Shown one piece after another: positions 29,575 through 37,984 of a DNA stretch of 64,000 bases. Position 1 is the first letter of the stretch, and the number at the start of each line of letters is the position of its first letter. Both the position numbers and the translations under genes were made by a program. The notes beneath the pieces were generated by a model. It ran no database searches. It was given only the letters and a program-made list of their open reading frames with translations, and was not told the DNA's origin. Source of the DNA: an uncultured Spirochaetota bacterium (GTDB lineage Bacteria; Spirochaetota; UBA4802; UBA5550); the NCBI GenBank assembly GCA_963727175.1, contig CAVSFD010000002.1:4701381-4765380 (forward strand), in the 5' to 3' direction.

Positions 29575-30279
29575 CGGGTCCCTCCTTGCTGCGCAGCAGC
29601 GGGCTGCCGGCGGCAACTGATCACCGCGTTATTTTCAACAGAGTCTATTATCCTCCATTTTCCGGAAATGTCCATATTTTTTTTAACTCTAACCGGAAAA
29701 TAGAAGCGAAGTGTTTGAGGGGTGTCACTATCCATGCAAACATGCAGGTCAGGTTGTGGTCATGGCAGGAACAGCCGCCGGACAATCGTGTGTGCCTATA
29801 TTTTATCCGTTACGGCGAATTCAAACTGGATAACCTGTTAAAAAAAGAGCCTTGCAACTTCATTGACAGTCCGACCCCGATGTTGAGCTGCTCCCCTTTC
29901 CAGCTCCCGGCAGGCCCACTGTACAAAGAAGGCATAACCAGTGCGGCATCACCGACCTTTGCCTCTTGTTCGACAGAAACCGCGTGGGCACTATTTCGGC
30001 CGATGAAGGTGAAAAGCATGATCACGCTGAAACACCCGATACCGGCGCTTAATTTGCTAGAATCAGGCTGAATAAAGGACTGCAGCATTGATCAGAAATA
30101 ATTATAACTGTAATAACCGCCCCTCACTGTATATAGTGTCACCGGCAAGTCATGATAAACAAAAAAATGTATGCATTTTTCCTGCGAGCCACCGGTATCG
30201 CGCCAGGAGCCGAGAAATTGATCTTGACTGGCCCGGTAAGATCGAACACCATAGCCGGGAATATTGAATCAATCCATTC

Positions 30280-30972
30280 ATGCCTATGCCTGAAAAGCAG
30301 ACAGTCCTTGTCATAGAAGACGAAGCGGGTATCGCCGACACGGTGACCTTTGCCCTTTCCCGCGAAGGGTTCGAGCCGGTCTGGACCGCCACGGGCGCCG
30401 AAGGCATATCCCGGCTGGAGCGGGGCGGCATCGACGCGGTTATCCTGGACATCGGCCTCCCTGACATCTCCGGTTTCGATCTTGCCGGAAAGATCAGGAG
30501 GCAGTCGAACGTGCCGCTCCTCATGCTCACCGCACGCACCGATGAGATCGACCGGGTCCTGGGCCTGGAGCTGGGCGCCGACGATTACATCGTAAAGCCC
30601 TTCAGCCCGCGGGAGCTTGTCGCCCGCGTCAGGGCGGTCCTCCGGAGAAGCGGCGGAACACCGCCGGCGGCACCGGAGAGCTCCCCCTTTGCCATCGATG
30701 CCGGCCGCCGCCAGATCTCGTACCGCGGCGTTGTGCTCGATCTCGCCCGGTACGAATACGAGATCCTCCGCCTCCTCGTCAGTCGCCCCGGCTGGGTGTA
30801 TACGCGGGAGAAGATAATGGAGATGGTGTGGATCGAGCCGGATGAAAGCTTCGAGCGCACCGTGGACACGCACATCAAGACGATACGGGCAAAGCTGCGC
30901 ACCGTCGATCCTGAGACCGACCCCATCATAACGCACCGCGGCGTGGGATACGCCCTGAAGGAGGACCTGTGA
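30280..30972 (+). CDS. creB: OmpR-family response regulator, CreB-like
   Basis: Receiver domain (VLVIEDEAGIADT...DAVILDIGLPDISGF) plus a winged-helix domain. It is followed by creC-like and creD genes. Confidence 0.75.
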   Translation: MPMPEKQTVLVIEDEAGIADTVTFALSREGFEPVWTATGAEGISRLERGGIDAVILDIGLPDISGFDLAGKIRRQSNVPLLMLTARTDEIDRVLGLELGADDYIVKPFSPRELVARVRAVLRRSGGTPPAAPESSPFAIDAGRRQISYRGVVLDLARYEYEILRLLVSRPGWVYTREKIMEMVWIEPDESFERTVDTHIKTIRAKLRTVDPETDPIITHRGVGYALKEDL

Positions 30973-32405
30973 GAATCAGGACGCGCATCCTCATCGGCTT
31001 CATACTCCTCTACGCTGTCGGATCCTATTTCGTGTTCGACATGATCGTCAGCGATATCCGCCCCCGTTACCTGGAAGCAGTCGAGGAATCCCTCAACGAT
31101 ACGGCCCACCTGATGGCGGCGCTGATCGAATCGGATATGAAAACAAAAGGATCCCCGTACGAAAGCATAAAAACAATTTTCAGCGCCGTGTCCCGGAAGA
31201 AAATATCATCCCGCATATACGGCCTTATAAAGTCGGATATAAACCTGAAGGTCTACGCCACCGACTCCCGGGGCATCATACGTTACGACTCCGATGGCGG
31301 CAAAAACGAGGGAAAGGATTTTTCCCGGTGGAACGACGTGTACCGGTCCCTGCGGGGGGCCTACGGTGCCCGGTCGTCACGATCGGTGCTCAGCGACCCC
31401 TCGACGAATGCGCTCTACGTGTCCGCGCCGGTCATGAAGGACGGCGCCATCGCCGGCGTGGTCACCGTGATCAAGCCGGAAAACAGCGTCACCCTCTTCA
31501 TGAACCTTGCCAGGCGGAAGATAATAACGGCGGCAGTCATATCAGGCATTGCCTTCATCATCCTGGGCGTCCTTCTGACCCTCTGGATCAACCGGCCCAT
31601 AGCAACATTGCTCCAGCACGTCAGGAACCTCCGCGCCGGGAAACGGGAGGAATTCCCCGACCTTTCCGCCGCCGAAATAAGGGACCTGGGGCTCGCCTTC
31701 GAGGATATGCGCGCCGAACTCGAAGGCAAGGATTACATCGAACGGTACATCCAGGCCCTGACCCATGAACTCAAGAGTCCCCTCTCATCGATCCGCGGTG
31801 CGGCAGAGCTCCTCGACGATGATATGCCGGAGGAGCAGAAAAGGAAATTCCACCGGAACATCCTGAATGAAACAGGTCGCATCGACAGCATCATCGAAAA
31901 ACTGCTGCAGCTGACAGCCATTGAGAAAAGGAAAAAGCTGAAAGACCGGGAGACGGTCTCCCTCAGCGGGATCGTTTCAGAGGTCATCGCAAGCCTGGAA
32001 CCGCAGATCATAAAGGGCGGGGTACGCATCGAGAACAGCGTTTCTCCGGGTCACGCAGTTACCGGGGAAAAATTTCTTATAACCCACGCGGTCCTGAACC
32101 TGGTTAAAAATGCGCTCCAGTTCACCCCTGACGGCGGCACCATAACACTGATGTCGGTTGCACAGGAGGTCTTCACCATCCTGACGATAGTTGATACCGG
32201 CACCGGCATTCCCGCTTTCGCCATGGATAAAATATTCGACAGGTTTTATTCCCTCCCGGGCAGGGACCGGATGCGCGGCAGCGGCCTGGGCCTCCCCTTC
32301 GTGCGCGAAGTAGCCTATCTCCACGGCGGGTATGTAGAGATTAAAAACAATTCCACCGGGCCGGGAGTCACCGCGACCCTGGCGCTTCCGTGTAAACGCG
32401 CCTAA
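30969..32405 (+). CDS. creC: Sensor histidine kinase, CreC-like
   Basis: 478 aa with a GTG start overlapping the creB stop, 2 TM helices flanking a periplasmic domain, H-box ALTHELKSPLSSIRG and an ATPase domain. Confidence 0.75.
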   Translation: MRIRTRILIGFILLYAVGSYFVFDMIVSDIRPRYLEAVEESLNDTAHLMAALIESDMKTKGSPYESIKTIFSAVSRKKISSRIYGLIKSDINLKVYATDSRGIIRYDSDGGKNEGKDFSRWNDVYRSLRGAYGARSSRSVLSDPSTNALYVSAPVMKDGAIAGVVTVIKPENSVTLFMNLARRKIITAAVISGIAFIILGVLLTLWINRPIATLLQHVRNLRAGKREEFPDLSAAEIRDLGLAFEDMRAELEGKDYIERYIQALTHELKSPLSSIRGAAELLDDDMPEEQKRKFHRNILNETGRIDSIIEKLLQLTAIEKRKKLKDRETVSLSGIVSEVIASLEPQIIKGGVRIENSVSPGHAVTGEKFLITHAVLNLVKNALQFTPDGGTITLMSVAQEVFTILTIVDTGTGIPAFAMDKIFDRFYSLPGRDRMRGSGLGLPFVREVAYLHGGYVEIKNNSTGPGVTATLALPCKRA

Positions 32406-32563
32406 CGCGGCGTTACCTTTTTTGCCCGAGGGGCCGGCATTATTGTGAGGGGGACTGTCTTCGCGGCCTCCCCCCTTGCGCTCCTCCCTCCCGGTCGCTC
32501 AAACGGCGCGGCGGCCTACGGGCGGTTGTTTTGAGGGCTTTGAGTTAGGATTAAATTTTTCTA

Positions 32564-32584
32564 TTAATACCCGCGGCAGGGATG
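32564..32584. repeat. Left copy of the direct repeat TT(A/T)ATACCCGCGGCAGGGATG. A G/A-rich hairpin lies 3' of it at 32688-32722.
   Basis: 20 of 21 positions are identical to the copy at 33541-33561. The AT-rich leader AAATTTTTCTAT is also similar. Confidence 0.5.
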
Positions 32585-32758
32585 CCGCAGGCGGTAATCG
32601 TCTGCAGGATGCTGCATACGATTGCCGAACAATTGAAGTAAATTCATAATTTAAGCCCGGCCCTCCGCAGGAGCGGGGTGATGGGGAGCACGAGGGGAAG
32701 AGGGAAGTCGCCCTCTTCCCCTCGCAATAGTGCAGACCCGCACCGGGTCATATAAGCA

Positions 32759-33418
32759 CTACTTCATGTACTTATCCCAATTGGTTGCAAGAAATAATGA
32801 GGTTATCTCCTTGATTGCCGCATTCACGTTCTCGATTTTGTCCGGCATGTGAACTATTCGGATCTGGATCATCATGTTGTTTTTATACAGGTAGGCTTCC
32901 GCTATATAGTAAACGTAATCGACCCGGGTTTTATCATCGAGCTCGACATTCTTCTGGGTCATCTTCTGGATGTATACATCGGCCTGGTTTATCGTCGATT
33001 TCGTGACCGGCCCGTAACTATGATTGCCGTGGTCTTTCTGGCCGTCCATTTTCCCGTACTGTTTTTGCTGCTGGGCCATGGAGGACCAGGTGGACGCCAT
33101 GTAGCCGGCGGTCCGGGGATTGTATCCCATGATCCCGACCTGGAGTTCAAGGCTGTAGTGGCCCTGCCTATTGTAATTTTTCTCGCCCTGTATGCCAAGA
33201 CAAAGAAACATCTTCTGGGTTTCCTCGTAGACCCAGTTCTTCGACTTGATGGGCACCCCCTTCGGCATCAGGCCCTCGAGCTCTTTCGGAAAGTTCTTGC
33301 CGCTCTTGTCCCCCATGTTCATGTATTCGTTCATCATGTCCGATGCCTGGTCGGCAAAAACCACGCAGGGGAACAGCGCGAGGAGGAAGTATACTATAAT
33401 TTGTGTCATTTTTTTCAT
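32759..33418 (-). CDS. Secreted protein of unknown function, encoded on the opposite strand between creC and creD
   Basis: 219 aa with a signal peptide (MKKMTQIIVYFLLALFPCVVFA). The sequence is Met/Gln/Tyr-rich and carries no known motif. Confidence 0.5.
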   Translation of the reverse strand: MKKMTQIIVYFLLALFPCVVFADQASDMMNEYMNMGDKSGKNFPKELEGLMPKGVPIKSKNWVYEETQKMFLCLGIQGEKNYNRQGHYSLELQVGIMGYNPRTAGYMASTWSSMAQQQKQYGKMDGQKDHGNHSYGPVTKSTINQADVYIQKMTQKNVELDDKTRVDYVYYIAEAYLYKNNMMIQIRIVHMPDKIENVNAAIKEITSLFLATNWDKYMK

Positions 33419-33540
33419 ATTAAAACTCCATGATATTGTAAGTTTCGGTAATCAGGTTCGATTTCTCCCTCAACTACCCGGCTGACATATGATGATACTA
33501 TTAATAAATAATCGAGAAATTAATTAATCGGCAAATATTT

Positions 33541-33561
33541 TTTATACCCGCGGCAGGGATG
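33541..33561. repeat. Right copy of the direct repeat TTTATACCCGCGGCAGGGATG. A hairpin GAGAGGGAAG...CTTCCCTCTC lies 3' of it at 33582-33612.
   Basis: See the left copy. Together the two copies bracket the secreted-protein gene. Confidence 0.5.
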
Positions 33562-33642
33562 GGAGTGCGCGAGAGGGAAGGACGGGGCGTGCTTCCCTCT
33601 CGCATGCAGGCCTGACCGGCTCCCGGTCAAAAAAACTCAAAC

Positions 33643-33669
33643 TTCATGGTATCTTCATAATAGTTTCAC
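33643..33669 (+). promoter_or_regulatory. cre-tag-like direct repeats TTCAT-N6-TTCAT-N6-TTCAC, 46-72 bp upstream of creD
   Basis: The sequence acTTCATggtatcTTCATaatagtTTCACc has 11-bp phasing. The E. coli CreB site consensus is TTCACnnnnnnTTCAC. Confidence 0.45.
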
Positions 33670-33714
33670 CCGCCCCCCCTATGTTATTGTAAAACATTAC
33701 ACAGGAGGAAACCC

Positions 33715-35082
33715 ATGTTTCTCAAAGGATTATCAGAATCCCTGATTTTTAAAATAGTTTTTACCGGAATGCTATCCCTTGCCCTGCTGATTCCCCTCAC
33801 CATGGTGAGCGGCATCGTGACTGAGCGGGAATCCAGGCGGGAATCGGCGGTAAGCGAGGTAAGCGGCAAGTGGGGCCATGAGCAGACGATCATCGGACCG
33901 GTGCTCACCGTGCCCTACCGTCATTATTACAAGGATGAAAAAAATGTCGCGCGGATGAGCATAGAAAACGCCTATTTCCTGCCGGACACTCTCGCCATCG
34001 ACGGCACTATCCTGCCGGAAAAACGGTCCCGCGGCCTCTACGAGGTGGTCCTCTACCGGCTGGAAGACCTTTCAATCCTGGGTCGCTTCAGCGCGCCGGA
34101 CTTCACGCGTCTCCGGGTCCCGGAGAAAGACATCCTGTGGGATGAGGCCTGCCTCACGGTGGGGATCCCTGACACGAGAGGCATCCAGCAGCGTGTCTCC
34201 CTCACCTGGAACAAGAAGGCGGTCCCCTTCCTTCCGGGGGTGCGCGGCAGCGGTCTGTATCAGTCGGGAATCCACGCCTTCATCAGGGATATCCGCTCAG
34301 GCGGCCGCACCTTCGATTTTGCCATGAAGCTATCCCTTCAGGGAAGCTCCTCTCTGAGCTTCGCTCCCCTGGGACAGGAAACGACAGTGCGCCTGAGCTC
34401 GACATGGCCGCACCCGAGCTTCACCGGCGCCTGCCTGCCCTCAACGCGGAAGATAACGGCGAAAGGATTTGAAGCGGGATGGAAAGTGTCGTACTTCGGC
34501 AGGAACTTTCCCCAGGAATTTACCGATGAAGCGAAAATCAACCCCGCCGATTCGGCCTTCGGCGTCATCCTCTACCAGCCGGTCGATTTCTACCAGAAGT
34601 GCGTGCGCGCGGTGAAGTACGGGTTCCTCTTCATCTCACTCACGTTTCTATGCTTCTTCCTCTTTGAAGTGTTCATGGGACTGAAGATACACCCCCTCCA
34701 GTACCTGATGGTGGGATTCGCCCTGTGCCTGTTCTATCTGCTCTTCCTGTCCCTGTCTGAATACATGAATTTCATCGTGTCCTACCTGGTAGCAAGCATT
34801 GGTACTATTGCAATGATTACCGGGTACAGCGTCAAGGTATTGAAGACGAGAAAGCGGGGCGGTGTCATGGCGGGGTTCCTGGCCGGCCTGTACGCGTATC
34901 TTTTCATCCTGCTGCAGAACGAGGATTATACCCTTCTCCTGGGGTCCGTGGCGCTCTTCGTAATCCTCGGTGCCGTTATGTATATCACGAGAAACATAGA
35001 CTGGTACCGGGTGAGCTTGAATACACCTGCACAGTCCGCAGCCGTGGGTCCGGGAGGAGGTCACAATACAGGTAATGATTGA
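33715..35082 (+). CDS. creD: Inner-membrane protein CreD
   Basis: 455 aa with an N-terminal TM helix, a large periplasmic domain and a C-terminal cluster of TM helices. Length and architecture match CreD. Confidence 0.75.
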   Translation: MFLKGLSESLIFKIVFTGMLSLALLIPLTMVSGIVTERESRRESAVSEVSGKWGHEQTIIGPVLTVPYRHYYKDEKNVARMSIENAYFLPDTLAIDGTILPEKRSRGLYEVVLYRLEDLSILGRFSAPDFTRLRVPEKDILWDEACLTVGIPDTRGIQQRVSLTWNKKAVPFLPGVRGSGLYQSGIHAFIRDIRSGGRTFDFAMKLSLQGSSSLSFAPLGQETTVRLSSTWPHPSFTGACLPSTRKITAKGFEAGWKVSYFGRNFPQEFTDEAKINPADSAFGVILYQPVDFYQKCVRAVKYGFLFISLTFLCFFLFEVFMGLKIHPLQYLMVGFALCLFYLLFLSLSEYMNFIVSYLVASIGTIAMITGYSVKVLKTRKRGGVMAGFLAGLYAYLFILLQNEDYTLLLGSVALFVILGAVMYITRNIDWYRVSLNTPAQSAAVGPGGGHNTGND

Positions 35083-35172
35083 AATTCGGCTTACCACCTA
35101 CCCCATGAAGGCGTTTGCCGCAAAGCGCGGTCTGGTGACCGCGCTTTCTGCTTCATTCCCGCTCGGGAGAAA

Positions 35173-36321
35173 TTATTTAATCAAAGTGATATAGGCCGGA
35201 GACTTAAGCAGAAAGTGTTCGGCCATTTCGAATATTACGATATCGGGCTTCTCCGCCTCGATAACGTCCCGGTTGAAGCGGCCGTAGCTCTGGAAGCAGG
35301 CCATCCGGCTGAAATGGTCCGCCATCAGGGGCTTGATGAAGTTGAAAAACGAATCGTGGAACACAACTGCTTTCGGCCTGCTCCGGTCGTTCGATTCGAT
35401 CGCTTCGGTGAATCTGCTGAAGGGAGCCGGGTAGGTGACGGCCGCTGTTTTCCATTCCCGCTTTTCCTTCGGAATGAAAATGGGGATTTCCTCGGTGAAC
35501 CTGTCCTCGAGACCCAGCAATCTCGCCAGATCCCCGCCGATAAAATGTTTCGTTGTTACCGTGAAATTTTCCAGAGAATGGGGAACCATCGGTCCCAGGA
35601 TGCCGGAGAGCCTGCCCATTATGGCGCGGTACGCGTAGTAGGCTCCGTAGTCGTTCCAGTGAACATCATGCTTGTAGAATACCAGATGGCCCTTCTTGCC
35701 GGTGATGACGCCGGGGCCGGTGTCAAGAACATCAATATCGGTGTGCTGTTTCATATACTGCATGATCTGGTCGAGGCGGGTCCGGTCCTGCACCGGCCTC
35801 AGGTACTCCGGTACGTATTCGGGATACACCCGCGGCTTCATGGGAACGAACACAACCAGCATCCGGATCCCTCTGCCGGCAAGGAACTTCTGTATTTCGG
35901 CAAGGGGCTTCACCCATTCCGCCATTTCCTTTTCCCCCTTGAACAGGGAAAGGGAACGGTAGTAGTCGAAGGAATTGTTCCCGTCGTCGTCCTTGATGAG
36001 ATAGAGCCAGCCCTTCCTGCCGACGAGCACCTTGGGAAACTGTTCGACCCTGAGGACATTCAGCTTGAAGAGGCTGTTCCACCGGATGAGGACGTTGCGG
36101 AAGCCGAAATTGTCCACGTAGTACTTCATGAACTTGCTCTGGAATTCTATAATCGACCTGCGGTCTAGCGTTAGCTCCGGCAATTTTGTCATGGTGCGCT
36201 GTTCAGTGTTCTCCCCCGGTGCGATCCCCATCATGCTTCCGATGTTAGGCACCCAGATGGCCATCATGAACAGTACTATGGTGATTGTATATGCGACTGA
36301 TGTTATCCTGGATTCCTTCAT
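35173..36321 (-). CDS. AlgX/AlgJ/PatB-like periplasmic O-acetyltransferase partner (SGNH-like)
   Basis: 382 aa with an N-terminal TM anchor and a periplasmic domain. It sits immediately downstream of an MBOAT gene, which is the typical MBOAT + AlgJ-like pairing. Confidence 0.55.
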   Translation of the reverse strand: MKESRITSVAYTITIVLFMMAIWVPNIGSMMGIAPGENTEQRTMTKLPELTLDRRSIIEFQSKFMKYYVDNFGFRNVLIRWNSLFKLNVLRVEQFPKVLVGRKGWLYLIKDDDGNNSFDYYRSLSLFKGEKEMAEWVKPLAEIQKFLAGRGIRMLVVFVPMKPRVYPEYVPEYLRPVQDRTRLDQIMQYMKQHTDIDVLDTGPGVITGKKGHLVFYKHDVHWNDYGAYYAYRAIMGRLSGILGPMVPHSLENFTVTTKHFIGGDLARLLGLEDRFTEEIPIFIPKEKREWKTAAVTYPAPFSRFTEAIESNDRSRPKAVVFHDSFFNFIKPLMADHFSRMACFQSYGRFNRDVIEAEKPDIVIFEMAEHFLLKSPAYITLIK

Positions 36322-36331
36322 GGATTGTACC

Positions 36332-37777
36332 TCAGAATTGCCTGTAGATGAACGGGGTATACGTATCGCTCGCCAGGGCCATCGCCGAGAGGAGCAGCAC
36401 GCAGGCCAGGAAGATTATCTGCGCAGTGAAAAAGGCTATGGAAAGCACGCGGTAGGTGGAGCCGTTTTGGGCATCAATGAAGGCTTCTACTTTTCCCCTC
36501 ACGAAGGGAGCCAGGGGCACCGAGCCTACCAGGGCCAGGATGATCCCTATAATCGTGTCTGAATTGCTTATGAACTGGATAAAGTCATAGCGGGCAACGG
36601 CGGGACGGATGGCGCCGTACATGGTGGCGATATAGGTTCCGGCGGCGGCCAGGTCGTTGGCGCGGAAAAAGACAAAGGATGTGAAATAGAACATGAGCAG
36701 GTAGAGGTGGCCGAAAGGCGACCGTTCGGTTACATTACTGGTGGCCCTCTCGAAGGCCATGAAGATGCCGTGGCACATGCCCCAAATAACGAAGGACCAG
36801 GCGGCTCCATGCCAGAGGCCCGATATGAAGAAAATGATGATAATGTTAAAATACGCCCGCGCATTGGAAACACGGTTGCCCCCGAGTGGAATGTAGAGGT
36901 AATCCCGGAACCAGGCTGTCAGCGTTATATGATAACGGCGCCAGAATTCGCCGACCGAACGCGATACCAGGGGATAATTGAAGTTTTCCATGAACTTGAA
37001 CCCGAACATCTTCCCCAGGCCGATCGCTATGTCGCAGTACGCGACCCAATCGAAGAGCAGTTGGAGCCCGTAAAGGGCCGCCCCGAGCCAGGCCACCCCC
37101 GCCGTCAGGTCCCGGGCCGGGACCGCGAATATCTTGTCCACAGGCACGCTCAGCACATTGGCAATCAGTGCCTTCTTGCCAAGCCCCATGATGACCCGCC
37201 TCACCCCTTCGGCGAAATCGGTCCTGGTGACGCGACTATCCGCCAGCTGGGGCGCCATGTGGTGGTATGTCTCAATTGGTCCCTGCAGCACCTTGGGGAA
37301 CATGGCAATGAACAGGCCGAGCTTCACCGGGTCTTTTTCAGCTTCAACCTTACGGCGATATATATCCATGCAGTAGGTTATTATCTGGAACGTGTAAAAC
37401 GACAGGCCCACCGGCAGCTTGAAACGCGGGACGGTAAAGGGCGCCGCACCGAAGAGACCGATGATTGTGTTGATATTGGTGACGAAAAAACCCGTGTACT
37501 TGAAAAAAACAAGGGGGAATATGTTGCACACCAGGGATATAACCAGGATCATCTTCCGGCGCTCGCCTGCGCGGGCGAGAAGGATCCCGAAATAATAGTT
37601 CATGACTATGTATAGCACTATCAGAAGGGTGTATATCTTCTCGTCCCAGAAATAAAACACGAAGCTCGCTATAAGAAGGTATACGTTCCTCGCCATCGGC
37701 CTGTTTCTCAGGAAAAAGAAAATGACCAGCGTTATGGGAAGGAAAAAAAACAGGAATGTAACTGAACTGAAAACCAT
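36332..37777 (-). CDS. MBOAT-family membrane-bound O-acyltransferase (AlgI/DltB/PatA-like)
   Basis: 481 aa and polytopic. The conserved His region is WHGAAWSFVIWGMCHG, and the sequence matches the FYTFQIITYCMDIYRRK segment of AlgI/DltB. Confidence 0.8.
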   Translation of the reverse strand: MVFSSVTFLFFFLPITLVIFFFLRNRPMARNVYLLIASFVFYFWDEKIYTLLIVLYIVMNYYFGILLARAGERRKMILVISLVCNIFPLVFFKYTGFFVTNINTIIGLFGAAPFTVPRFKLPVGLSFYTFQIITYCMDIYRRKVEAEKDPVKLGLFIAMFPKVLQGPIETYHHMAPQLADSRVTRTDFAEGVRRVIMGLGKKALIANVLSVPVDKIFAVPARDLTAGVAWLGAALYGLQLLFDWVAYCDIAIGLGKMFGFKFMENFNYPLVSRSVGEFWRRYHITLTAWFRDYLYIPLGGNRVSNARAYFNIIIIFFISGLWHGAAWSFVIWGMCHGIFMAFERATSNVTERSPFGHLYLLMFYFTSFVFFRANDLAAAGTYIATMYGAIRPAVARYDFIQFISNSDTIIGIILALVGSVPLAPFVRGKVEAFIDAQNGSTYRVLSIAFFTAQIIFLACVLLLSAMALASDTYTPFIYRQF

Positions 37778-37984
37778 GTCGTGTTTTAGGTAATAATCCT
37801 TACTAGTTTGTCTGTAGTAATATCATGCACAGCGGTCCTGGTCGGTGTCAAATCATTCCAGCCGGAGCATAATCATTCGAGAAGCTGTAGGATAAAAATT
37901 ATCTTCAGGCACAAGTCAAGGAAAAAACTGGATGATACCCATTGTATTACATACAATCATACTGAAGGGGTGGGGGCGGACACC

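Noticed and set aside
29586-30280. 161-aa ORF in the 700-bp gap upstream of creB
   Set aside because: It has no motifs and atypical composition. It is more likely a non-coding leader or promoter region, but a small gene cannot be excluded.
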